DNA of 64,000 nucleotides from the IMG/VR virus record IMGVR_UViG_3300033121_001118, positions 40-64,039 of that record. One strand, 5' to 3'. Of the stretch, positions 36,686 through 45,036 are shown in pieces. Within the stretch, counting starts at the first letter, position 1; each line of letters begins with the position of its first letter. The position numbers were made by a program, and so were the translations under genes. The notes beneath the pieces were generated by a model. The model made no database searches, was not told the DNA's origin, and saw only the letters and a program-made list of their open reading frames with translations. This DNA comes from a virus (lineage: Duplodnaviria > Caudoviricetes).

Positions 36686-36855
36686 GCTGCCTCCTGTTGG
36701 CTACCAAATCGGCTGACGAGAAAGTGCAACTCTGCCTTGAACTGGTCTAGCGTCATCAGTTCACTCAATACCCATTGCCTCATACCTGTCTACATCTCCG
36801 CGTATAACTGTTATTGTCGCTCGAACTGTAGGGCGGTCGCACTCCGCCCCGTTGC

Positions 36856-36999
36856 CTACCGTCCCTCGTCATGTTCGTGGTTGTCGAGCGCGACGCAGGC
36901 GAACCCGCAGAACATCAGCGCGAACCCAACGATAAACGTGTATGGCGTGAGCATACACGCCAGTCCCAAAATCATCAGTAACACTGCAACGCCTGTCAT
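36856..36999 (-). CDS. 47-aa two-TM protein (island, not in ORF track)
   Basis: GGAGGG RBS; MTGVAVLLMILGLACML... Confidence 0.5.
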   Translation of the reverse strand: MTGVAVLLMILGLACMLTPYTFIVGFALMFCGFACVALDNHEHDEGR

Positions 37000-37173
37000 A
37001 TTATCCCTCCTTTACCTGAACCACTTCGCCAACGTGCTGAGTACGTCGCCGTCGGTTTCCTGATGCCGCCGCTGCCGTGCGCTGTTCCTCAGTTGCGAAC
37101 ATTGCTGTAATCTTGCTGATGTCTAGCTTGCTCATCGTTCGTCTCCTCTGCTTGCTTCGTGATTTTGAACTTC

Positions 37174-37238
37174 GTCCTCTTAATGATAACGGTTCAAGAT
37201 AAGACCCCGATTAAGCCGAGATTAGAGATCGATTAAAC
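37174..37238 (-). promoter_or_regulatory. Phased-repeat promoter, copy 14
   Basis: -10 TATCAT (37183-37188); units at 37198, 37209, 37220, 37231. Confidence 0.8.
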
Positions 37239-37256
37239 TTTGCGGAGACGGGAACG

Positions 37257-37448
37257 CTACTTCCAGTCCGCGAAGTGACGCGAGATCTGACGCTTCGCTG
37301 CGATGAGAGCGTCATCGCGGCAGGAGCAGTCGTCTCCGACAGCGAACGGCCAAGGGCTGTAGCAGTCGAAGAGGCTCCACCAGTAGGTCGCGTTCGTCCC
37401 GAACCAGATCTTGATCGTAATGCCACGATACTCGAACGTCTCAACCAT
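37257..37448 (-). CDS. Small hypothetical protein
   Basis: Coupled ORF. Confidence 0.55.
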   Translation of the reverse strand: MVETFEYRGITIKIWFGTNATYWWSLFDCYSPWPFAVGDDCSCRDDALIAAKRQISRHFADWK

Positions 37449-37546
37449 CAGCGACGCCTCCGATACTTGATCGCTACTTCGGCTACGAGAATAGCGAGAA
37501 TAGCGCTGATTGCCACGAGCAGGAACGGGGAAGCCTCCATCGTCAT
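37448..37546 (-). CDS. 32-aa single-TM peptide (not in ORF track)
   Basis: PFLLVAISAILAILVAEVAIKYRRRR. Confidence 0.5.
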   Translation of the reverse strand: MTMEASPFLLVAISAILAILVAEVAIKYRRRR

Positions 37547-37638
37547 CTCCTTCGGATCATCTCGTCGATCATTATGAACAGTGCGAAGATCATGAGCAGG
37601 AGAACGATTGCTCCCAAGACGTTGATGATGTTCTCCAT
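37543..37638 (-). CDS. 31-aa single-TM peptide
   Basis: MENIINVLGAIVLLLMIFALFIMIDEMIRRR; TGATG overlap. Confidence 0.55.
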   Translation of the reverse strand: MENIINVLGAIVLLLMIFALFIMIDEMIRRR

Positions 37639-38870
37639 CACAACGACTCCAACGGGAAGGTCGCTGAGGCGACCGTAATCAGCTGCTCGGCCATTCTCGT
37701 CTTCTTCTGCGTCAAGCCAGCCTCGCCCCCGTGGATGTGACCGTACGAGAGCCACTTCACGCCTTCTTCGTGGAGCTTGACGCACGTCTTCCACAGTGTG
37801 TAATCTGTAGTGCCCGACCGTCCACCTGGCTGAGAGGCGTAGTTCAGCGACTTCTCGGTGATCTCCGCGTACACATCATCGCCGATCTTGTCCACGACCG
37901 ACAGGCAGACGGGAAGGCCTTCGCGGAGGCCAACGAACGTCTTCTTGGTCGGGAGCTGAATGATGACGGAGTGATAGTCACGACGAATCGCGAGCTGACG
38001 CTGCTTCTCTTCGTTCACCTTCCGCCACTCGTCGATGATCGTGCCTGCGAGGGTCTCGCCTCCCCACTCGAGCTGAACGAACTGCGTGAGCTCGTCCTGC
38101 TTCCGACGCTTCCGATCGTCATCCCCGTGCCAGAGGCTCTTGGGATTGGTCGCGAACCGTTCGACGTCGTAGATCGCCTCCGTGGCCCTTTCGATGGTAC
38201 AGGTCGGCCAGTCGTCCTTCAAGTCGACTGCCCACGAGTCGGGAATGTACATGAGCTTGGCCGGCTTGAAGCTGATCGGGAGAAGCCACTCGAGAAGATC
38301 GATCGACTCGGAGTAGCTCAACGAGATCGGGATGACCCGAAAAGACGGCGTCCGCTTGAACTTCCTCACGACGATGGCTACGCCGGTCTCGCCTTGGTAG
38401 ACGTAGGCATCGTTCCCCGAGATGTCGTAGCAGAGAAGGCTCAGCAAGCTCCGCTCGTGTGCCAGCGGGTGGATGCCAACGCGTTCGCCCTGGAGCATCG
38501 GGAGAATCGTATCGACCCGACGCTGGTCGACGGTGAGGAGAGGCATGCTCTCGAGCTGCTCCAGCTTCGAGCGTTGATCGTCGGAGAAGTTGTCCGTCGT
38601 CCGTTCGGGACCCTTCGGCTCTTCCCAACCGACGATCTGGTAGATCTTCCCGCCTCGACGACCACCAGTGACCTGGAAGCCTTCAGCGCGAAGACCACCG
38701 ATCAAGTTCATCCGCTTGATATCGAGAACCTGCTTCGAGAGGGTCTCCGAGAGGCTCATCTTGATGAGCAGGAGTTCTAGCTCGTCCTTCGTAACGCCCC
38801 CGAGAAGGGCGTTGGCAAGCTCGGGCGGGAGCTTGCCTTTCTGAACGACGAATTCTGTTGTCGGTGTCAT
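37638..38870 (-). CDS. DUF2156 (MprF/LPG synthase C-terminal-like, GNAT-fold) aminoacyl-transferase-like protein
   Basis: AIYDV, IIDEWRK, GLPVCLSV...AEITEKS, GTTDY, GGEAGLTQKK match my recollection of the DUF2156 pattern; start corrected. Confidence 0.65.
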   Translation of the reverse strand: MTPTTEFVVQKGKLPPELANALLGGVTKDELELLLIKMSLSETLSKQVLDIKRMNLIGGLRAEGFQVTGGRRGGKIYQIVGWEEPKGPERTTDNFSDDQRSKLEQLESMPLLTVDQRRVDTILPMLQGERVGIHPLAHERSLLSLLCYDISGNDAYVYQGETGVAIVVRKFKRTPSFRVIPISLSYSESIDLLEWLLPISFKPAKLMYIPDSWAVDLKDDWPTCTIERATEAIYDVERFATNPKSLWHGDDDRKRRKQDELTQFVQLEWGGETLAGTIIDEWRKVNEEKQRQLAIRRDYHSVIIQLPTKKTFVGLREGLPVCLSVVDKIGDDVYAEITEKSLNYASQPGGRSGTTDYTLWKTCVKLHEEGVKWLSYGHIHGGEAGLTQKKTRMAEQLITVASATFPLESL

Positions 38871-38878
38871 GCCACCTC

Positions 38879-39655
38879 CTAGGATAGCTGCTTGTAGTTC
38901 TTGGTCAAGCCTTCGAACGTGACGGTCCGCTTGTACTTCCCGCCGGTCCAGGAGATCACGGCCGTCTTCACTTCCAGATTCACTTCCACGACCTCGTAGA
39001 CGTCTCCGTTCTTCAAGGTCGCGTACATCGCCCCGATTGCTGGCGTAGGCACCACCGCAGCTGGCTTCTCGCTCTTGCGGTCTTGACCGGACTGACGAAC
39101 GGTCGGAGCCTTCTCGGCTTCCGGATTCACTTCGTCGTTGCCTGCTTCCACGAAATCGTATCGAGCTACCAGGTTGTCGATCGTGCACTGACGCTTGTCT
39201 CGCCCGTCGACCCACGAGAGCTCTACCTGGTCGCCTACGACCGACATCACACGATAGACGTAGCCGCCCTTCCGTGTCTTCCACTTGGAGCCGGGCCGCA
39301 CCTCGACGTCGATCTTCTTCGCTTCGCCAGCTCCTCTCGAGAGCTGGGAAGGACGACGCTTCATCGCACCTTCGGCACCTGCCACCACCTCGGACCAGCT
39401 GGCCGTGTGATACCGCTTGGGATTGAGGACCTTCGCTGGCGTGGCCAACGGGACGAGGTCGGCGACTTCGACTTCGAAGCTGACCGTCGGGCCGTTCTTC
39501 GGGCTAAGCTGCATCCACTGGTCTTCGGTGTACTCCGAGCGACCGAGGCACATGAGGACCTTGGTCGTGTTCCAGATGCGACCTTCGATGTAGCCGTGCA
39601 GGCCGGTCTCGACCTGTTGCACTCTCGTGCGGTACTTGACTTCTGACATCTCCAT
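38879..39655 (-). CDS. Hypothetical protein with repeated SH3/Tudor-like beta domains
   Basis: GSKWKTRKGGYVYRV and GAMYATLKNGDVYEV units. Confidence 0.7.
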   Translation of the reverse strand: MEMSEVKYRTRVQQVETGLHGYIEGRIWNTTKVLMCLGRSEYTEDQWMQLSPKNGPTVSFEVEVADLVPLATPAKVLNPKRYHTASWSEVVAGAEGAMKRRPSQLSRGAGEAKKIDVEVRPGSKWKTRKGGYVYRVMSVVGDQVELSWVDGRDKRQCTIDNLVARYDFVEAGNDEVNPEAEKAPTVRQSGQDRKSEKPAAVVPTPAIGAMYATLKNGDVYEVVEVNLEVKTAVISWTGGKYKRTVTFEGLTKNYKQLS

Positions 39656-39691
39656 GAGAGAACCCCTCCTGCTGAGTGAGAATTGAACCTT

Positions 39692-39745
39692 CTACCTTAA
39701 TGCTAACGGATCAAGATAAAGACCACATTAAACGAAGATTAGAGT
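39692..39745 (-). promoter_or_regulatory. Phased-repeat promoter, copy 15
   Basis: -10 TAGCAT (39700-39705); units at 39715, 39726, 39737. Confidence 0.7.
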
Positions 39746-39770
39746 CCCAGGGTCGCTGCAAGATTGATAC

Positions 39771-39834
39771 CATCGACCCCCGTTGTCGACCTCATCGACC
39801 CCCGATAGCATCGCATCGACCCCCGGTATAGGGG
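39771..39834. repeat. CATCGACCCC iteron-like cluster B (candidate origin)
   Basis: Copies at 39771, 39793, 39814 (22/21-bp spacing) between divergent promoters, upstream of primase-helicase. Confidence 0.7.
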
Positions 39835-39851
39835 CGGTGCGACGACGGTCC

Positions 39852-39895
39852 TCTAGTCTTGCTCTAATGATTTCTGTCGCGGATTCCATTATACT
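39852..39895 (+). promoter_or_regulatory. Phased-repeat promoter, copy 16 (rightward, primase-helicase)
   Basis: TCTAGTC-N4-TCTAATG then TATACT 27 bp later, the same geometry as leftward copies. Confidence 0.6.
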
Positions 39896-39938
39896 TAGGA
39901 CAGGCCGTTTCCAATTAGCGAGAGGAGCAGCGACGACG

Positions 39939-41948
39939 ATGGCCGAAGTAGACTTCATGCTCGATATCGAGCAGATCCTCGATCGTGTCGAGGGTTTAGT
40001 ACCGAGAGGACCACGTGAGTGGATGTGCAAGTGTCCCGCTCACGAGGACAAGAACGCGAGTTTGTCAATCTGCGAGTTAGACGACGGGAGCCCGCTGATC
40101 CACTGCTTTGCGGGTTGCTCGTACGGTGCGATTCTCGAGGCTCTCGAGGTTGCACAGCCGAAGGCAGTGACGATCACCTACTCGTCTCCACCGCTGAAGG
40201 ACCTGAGCAAGTCGGGTCTGGGGTTGTGGGCCGAGCTGTTCCAGTTCGATCATCGAGAGCTGGATCCGTACTTCATCGGCGGGATCGATCGTCACTTGTC
40301 AATCGAGGCCGATCGGATCGAGTTCCTGTGGCCGGGGATGCCCTCCGCGGTGAAGTACAGGCTCTCGAATCCGGGCGAGACGAAAGGCTACTTGTGGGGC
40401 AAGAATTCCCCGCATCCGCCGATCTGGCCTCAGCTCGAGGAGCAGCTAGAAGAAGAGATCTACTTGACCGAGGGCGAAAGCGATTGCATCGTCTTACGTC
40501 GGGCCGGTCTGCCAGCGTACGCCATCACCACAGGTGGCTCGAAGAGCACACTCCCGAGGTTCCCCACGAACGTCATCCAGGCTCTCATCGCAAGAGGGGT
40601 CCGGACGATCTACCTAGCATTCGACGATGATGATGTAGGCCACAATACGGCAGCTGTCGTGTACAACCAAATCCTGGCGTACGAGAAGCAGCTACCGCTG
40701 GACCAGATCATCGACGTTCGAGTCTTGCGAGTGAACGAGCTAGCGTTGTCCTTCTTGGGCGAGAAAGACCTCCGCCAGGTCTGGTTGCGGATCCGCGATC
40801 CCGAGGCCTTCAGCGATGGGCTGTTAAGCATCAAGCAGGACGCCGATACGGACTCGCCAGCCACGATGCTGTGGGATCATTGGGCGTACGTCAATCGGCC
40901 AGTGCAGGAGCTTCAGTGGATCGTGAAGGACGTCGTTCAGGCTGGCGGCATCGGGTGGATCAGCGGCTATCCGAAGCGAGGGAAGAGCTGGATTGCTCTC
41001 GACCTGGCCTTCGCGATAGCGACTGGCGACCCGTTCCTCAAGCGGTTCGAGGTGCTCCTGCCTGGAGACGTGGTGTACGTAGTGAAGGAGAACAGTGACG
41101 CTTCGACGGTCGGGCGGATCAAGAAGATCCTCGGGTCGAAGAAGTCAGGCTTCTCGGTCTCGATGGGAGGCAAGGAGATCGACACGGAGCTCCAGAGCCG
41201 CGTGATGATCGATGCCTCGAGAGACTTCTACTTCGAGCCTCAAGCAGTCGAGGCGTTGATCCAGAAGGTGCTTCGCCACAAGAAGCGGACAGGTCGAGAG
41301 GTTCGGGCGATCATCATCGACCCGTTGTCATTCAGCTTGCCGAAGGGGAAGTTCGATCTCAATTCGTTCGCCGACTTCCAGCGGTACGTGGTCGACCTCG
41401 TCGCTCACATCACTCGCCGGACCGGAGCAGCGGTCTTGGTCGTGCATCACCAGAACAAGAGCGACGACAACAACACGATGCTAGGGAGTGTCGCTGCTGA
41501 GGCGTCGTACGACAACAAGATCATGTTCCTGACAAAGGCCAAGGATCACGTGCCAGGCGACCCTGTCCGGATCCAGATTGAGCATCGTGATGGGCAGGCC
41601 GTCGTCTTCGATCTCCAGATCAAGATCGACGATACGTCGTACGAGACCATCGTCACAGACGTCGACGTCGAAGATCTTCGAGACGGTGGGATGAACATCA
41701 AGGTGAGCTACGTCGAGAAGCAGAAGAAGTACGGCTCGATGGTGAAGCCCTTGCTTCAAGACCTCGCCGAGGAGTTCCAGTACAAGGACTACGTCGATGT
41801 GGTCCGTCAGCAGTACGACGAAGACGACATCTCAGCATCGTTGCTCGAGAACGTCTTCAAGTGGTTGAAGGATGGCCAGGAAGGCCCGCCGGTCATCGAA
41901 CAGCACAAGAAGGGGTGGTATCGTCTCTTCAAGGGCCTTCAAGCGTAG
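39939..41948 (+). CDS. Primase-helicase (Zn finger, TOPRIM, RepA/AAA_25 helicase)
   Basis: CKCPAHEDKNASL..HCFAGC; YLTEGESD; AFDDDDVG; GYPKRGKS; IIIDP; VHHQNK. Confidence 0.9.
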   Translation: MAEVDFMLDIEQILDRVEGLVPRGPREWMCKCPAHEDKNASLSICELDDGSPLIHCFAGCSYGAILEALEVAQPKAVTITYSSPPLKDLSKSGLGLWAELFQFDHRELDPYFIGGIDRHLSIEADRIEFLWPGMPSAVKYRLSNPGETKGYLWGKNSPHPPIWPQLEEQLEEEIYLTEGESDCIVLRRAGLPAYAITTGGSKSTLPRFPTNVIQALIARGVRTIYLAFDDDDVGHNTAAVVYNQILAYEKQLPLDQIIDVRVLRVNELALSFLGEKDLRQVWLRIRDPEAFSDGLLSIKQDADTDSPATMLWDHWAYVNRPVQELQWIVKDVVQAGGIGWISGYPKRGKSWIALDLAFAIATGDPFLKRFEVLLPGDVVYVVKENSDASTVGRIKKILGSKKSGFSVSMGGKEIDTELQSRVMIDASRDFYFEPQAVEALIQKVLRHKKRTGREVRAIIIDPLSFSLPKGKFDLNSFADFQRYVVDLVAHITRRTGAAVLVVHHQNKSDDNNTMLGSVAAEASYDNKIMFLTKAKDHVPGDPVRIQIEHRDGQAVVFDLQIKIDDTSYETIVTDVDVEDLRDGGMNIKVSYVEKQKKYGSMVKPLLQDLAEEFQYKDYVDVVRQQYDEDDISASLLENVFKWLKDGQEGPPVIEQHKKGWYRLFKGLQA

Positions 41949-42109
41949 ACGACGGGTACCGACGTTGTCGATAGACCGAGAGCTAGCAGCTAATCAACTA
42001 TCAAACCATCAGAAAGAAGCGTTGTGAGCCTAGGGTGAGGGCACGAGCGGGTGACTGAATCGGGGATCGTACGAGCTGCTAGCTCTCGAGCATCAATCAA
42101 GGAGCAATC

Positions 42110-42355
42110 ATGATAAAGGGTGTAATCGTAACTATCCACGTCGACGACTACGACGATGAACGTCAAGACGACGACGGTACGCCGATGTTCGAAGGGGTCG
42201 TCGTTCATCGAGAGGTCGAGCTTACCGGCCTGCTTGATTGGAGAGAAGTCGGTCAAGCGATCCGGATGCTGTTAGAGATCGTCGGTCAAGACAAAGCGAT
42301 CGAACGAATTGAGAACGACGTCAGCGACTACGATACGTCGAAGGAGGACGAATGA
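42110..42355 (+). CDS. Hypothetical acidic protein
   Basis: AAGGAG RBS. Confidence 0.6.
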   Translation: MIKGVIVTIHVDDYDDERQDDDGTPMFEGVVVHREVELTGLLDWREVGQAIRMLLEIVGQDKAIERIENDVSDYDTSKEDE

Positions 42356-42561
42356 GGTACAAGCTTAGCATCGTCGTCGTTGTCGCTTCGGTTTCCGATA
42401 TAGCAGGCGAAGAGGCCGTGTTCACGAAAACGAGGATCGTCGATGGTCTGGACACCGTACAGGAGACGGTCGATGCAGCACAGTCAACGCTACGGACGTT
42501 GAAGAGCGAGGTCGAGGTCCCTCTCCGAGACGCTCTCTCGAAGGTAGAGCGAGGCTGGTGA
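42352..42561 (+). CDS. Hypothetical protein
   Basis: ATGA overlap. Confidence 0.55.
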   Translation: MRYKLSIVVVVASVSDIAGEEAVFTKTRIVDGLDTVQETVDAAQSTLRTLKSEVEVPLRDALSKVERGW

Positions 42562-42660
42562 TGGCACAAGCTGCTCTCCTTCTTCTCTGTTGCGTCTTCC
42601 CGATCTTGTTCTGGATCGGGCTGTTCACTTGGATGGCACGTACGACCGCATAGCCGCACC

Positions 42661-42805
42661 GCATCGTCGACCCCCGACCCTATAGGGGTCCGATGCGATG
42701 CTATCACGCACCGATGGGGGTCGATGATCCTCGGCCCTCTCCTCCCACAACACAGCTGATCGCATCGTCGCTGCGCTCCTTTTTTAGGGTCGATGCTATG
42801 CGACG
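42661..42805. repeat. CRTCGACCC repeat cluster C
   Basis: Copies at ~42665, 42716 (inv), 42786 (inv); shares an inverted 15-mer with cluster B and an inverted 17-mer with cluster A. Confidence 0.65.
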
Positions 42806-42821
42806 ATGATCGACGATGGTC

Positions 42822-42850
42822 TTGACCCCTTCCCGTTTCTCGGTTATAAT
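42822..42850 (+). promoter_or_regulatory. Canonical sigma70-type late-operon promoter
   Basis: TTGACC-17-TATAAT. Confidence 0.8.
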
Positions 42851-42887
42851 CAAAGGGTAGGGGTTAAGACTCGTCGTCTGATTCGAG

Positions 42888-43163
42888 GTGCTAGTGTACG
42901 ATTCGTCCATCCAACAACCCGAGAAGCAGTCTCTGCCGGCCTCCCTGCCTAGGAAGGTCGTCGGTGCCGTGACCCAAAACACGACATGGGTTTTCGGGAT
43001 CTCCTTGCTGTTGATCATCGTGGGAGTGTTCGTACTGGCATGGTTCGAACGACCTATTCCCGAGCTGATCAGCGTCTTCGGCGGCGCCATCATTACTGCC
43101 CTCAGTCGGGTCTTCGAGCCGAACAACACCTCGGGAACGTCCGGAGGCGGCAATGCCAATTAA
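42888..43163 (+). CDS. Two-TM membrane protein (holin-like candidate)
   Basis: WVFGISLLLIIVGVFVLAW and LISVFGGAIITAL; first gene of late operon. Confidence 0.55.
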   Translation: MLVYDSSIQQPEKQSLPASLPRKVVGAVTQNTTWVFGISLLLIIVGVFVLAWFERPIPELISVFGGAIITALSRVFEPNNTSGTSGGGNAN

Positions 43164-43680
43164 GAAGATGAGCCCCCGCGTTCGGACGTTCATCGAGACG
43201 TATCTCGCTACATGGAACGCTACAGAGGCCGCCCGGGCTGCTCACTACAAGAACCCCGGGATCATCGGTGCTCGTTACCTGCAAGAACCCATCGTCAAGG
43301 CAGCGGTCGAGGCTCGACTGTCTGAACTGGCGATGTCTGCCAACGAGGTCGTGTTGAGGCTCACTCAGCAAGGTCGAGCTTCGGTCGAGGACTTCGTCAG
43401 CTTCACGGACGCCCAGGGGAATCCGGTCGCCCCGTACATCGATCTAGATCGTGCTCGCCGGGAAGGCAAGCTACATCTGCTTCGTCGTATCAAGTTCGGC
43501 CCCCAGGTGGAGATCGAGCTTCACGACTCTCAAGCAGCTTTGACTCAGCTCGGTCGTGTCCACAGTCTCTTCACGGACAAGTCCGAGATCTCGGGAGTCG
43601 GTGGCGAAGCTCTCCAAGTCCACATCTACATCCCTGACAACGGACGCGGGACGGATTCCGGTGACGACAAAGTCGATTAG
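43153..43680 (+). CDS. terS: Terminase small subunit
   Basis: FIETYLATWNATEAARAAHY HTH pattern; ELHDSQAAL..LGR. Confidence 0.88.
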   Translation: MPIKKMSPRVRTFIETYLATWNATEAARAAHYKNPGIIGARYLQEPIVKAAVEARLSELAMSANEVVLRLTQQGRASVEDFVSFTDAQGNPVAPYIDLDRARREGKLHLLRRIKFGPQVEIELHDSQAALTQLGRVHSLFTDKSEISGVGGEALQVHIYIPDNGRGTDSGDDKVD

Positions 43681-45034
43681 ACCCCAGCGGGGTCCCCAAG
43701 AACAGTTTCTCGCCACTCCGGCAGACATCGCCTTCTACGGCGGTGCAGCTGGTGGCGGGAAGACTTGGGCCTTGCTTCTGGAGCCTCTCCGACACAAGGA
43801 CGTCCCGGGCTTCGCCTGCGTGATCTTTCGCCGGACGTACCCTCAGGTCACGAACCCGGGAGGACTCTGGGACGAGTCGGTAGCGGTCTACTCGCTTATC
43901 GGCGGTGTCCCTCGTCAGTCCGACTTGCTCTGGAAGTTCCCGTCTAACGCGGTGATCAGGTTCGCCCATCTCCAGCACGAGCAGAATCGCCTCGACTGGC
44001 AGGGCTCGCAGATCCCGCTGATCTGCTTTGACGAGCTGACACACTTCACGAGAGGGCAGTTCTTCTACATGCTCTCACGTAACAGGTCGCTCTGCGGTGT
44101 CCGTCCGTACATCCGGGGGACGTGCAACCCCGTGACGGACGATGACGAGACAGGTGGCTGGATCCACGACTTCGTCAGCTGGTATCTCGACGAGGACGGG
44201 TACGCCATCCCAGAGAGGTCGGGCGTGATTCGATGGTTCGTGAACCTGTCAGGCAAGCTCGACTGGGCTGATTCGAGGGAAGAGCTCCTCGAACGATACA
44301 GCGACATGACCGACCCGCCGATCCCGATGAGCTTCACGTTCATCCGGAGCTCGGTCTACGACAATCAGATCTTGCTGAAGGAGAACCCGAGCTACCTCGC
44401 GAACCTCAAGGCTCTCGATCCAGTCGATCAAGGTCGTCTGCTCGGGGGCAACTGGCACGTGAGGCCCGAGGCGGGGAAGGTGTTCAATCGGTCGTGGTTC
44501 GAGATCGTGGATGCAGTGCCTGCCGGTGGTCGAGAGATTCGCTTCTGGGACTTCGCAGCGACCGAGAAGCAGGTAGCAGGCGACGACCCCGACTTCACAG
44601 CCGGTGTCAAGATGAAGCGGGTAGGCGATATCTACTACGTGATGGACGCCATCTCGGAACGGATGGACCCAGCACGAACGAACAAGACGATCGAGAACAC
44701 AGCGTCTCAGGACGGCATCCAGACCGCTATCCGTTTCGAGCGGGAAGGCGGTGCCTCCGGCGTACGTGACAGCAGAGCGATCGTCTCATTACTGACCGGC
44801 TACGACGTCCGAGGCTTGATCCCGCAAGGCGACAAGGTCATGAGAGCGAAAGGTCTCTCGGCCCAAGCCTACGCCGGGAACGTGAAGCTACTCCGAGGCC
44901 CGTGGAATAGACGCTACTTACAGACGCTCCACGACTTCCCGGACGGTGCACACGACGACGAAGTAGACGCCTCTAGTGGGGCGTTCAACGAGCTAGCTAA
45001 AGAGGTTCGTGAGAACCGAAGTCAACGAGGATAG
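43661..45034 (+). CDS. terL: Terminase large subunit
   Basis: YGGAAGGGKT Walker A, FDELTHF, TCNP, WDFAAT..DFTAG, HDDEVDA; GTG start at 43661. Confidence 0.95.
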   Translation: MTTKSIRPQRGPQEQFLATPADIAFYGGAAGGGKTWALLLEPLRHKDVPGFACVIFRRTYPQVTNPGGLWDESVAVYSLIGGVPRQSDLLWKFPSNAVIRFAHLQHEQNRLDWQGSQIPLICFDELTHFTRGQFFYMLSRNRSLCGVRPYIRGTCNPVTDDDETGGWIHDFVSWYLDEDGYAIPERSGVIRWFVNLSGKLDWADSREELLERYSDMTDPPIPMSFTFIRSSVYDNQILLKENPSYLANLKALDPVDQGRLLGGNWHVRPEAGKVFNRSWFEIVDAVPAGGREIRFWDFAATEKQVAGDDPDFTAGVKMKRVGDIYYVMDAISERMDPARTNKTIENTASQDGIQTAIRFEREGGASGVRDSRAIVSLLTGYDVRGLIPQGDKVMRAKGLSAQAYAGNVKLLRGPWNRRYLQTLHDFPDGAHDDEVDASSGAFNELAKEVRENRSQRG

Positions 45035-45036
45035 CG

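Larger units (their letters stand above)
35455..37129. mobile_element. Compositionally foreign gene island (recent horizontal acquisition)
   Basis: TCGA almost absent and GCGC common, unlike genome bulk; flanked by identical 18-mers GCTCATCGTTCGTCTCCT at 35437 and 37130. Confidence 0.65.

Noticed and set aside
37638-39284. ORF-track 548-aa protein and other over-extended starts (18276-19265, 43556, 61147, 39783, 9648-10484)
   Set aside because: Extensions overlap bona fide upstream genes; downstream starts have RBS or stop-start coupling
8357-39745. CRISPR-like array from the recurring ~60-bp motif
   Set aside because: Copies are dispersed singly upstream of genes, degenerate, and contain -10 boxes; no spacer-repeat array or cas operon (the Cas4-like nuclease sits in a recombination module)
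7802-42561. Integrase, attP or repressor for a temperate lifestyle
   Set aside because: No tyrosine or serine recombinase motifs or CI-like HTH-peptidase recognised
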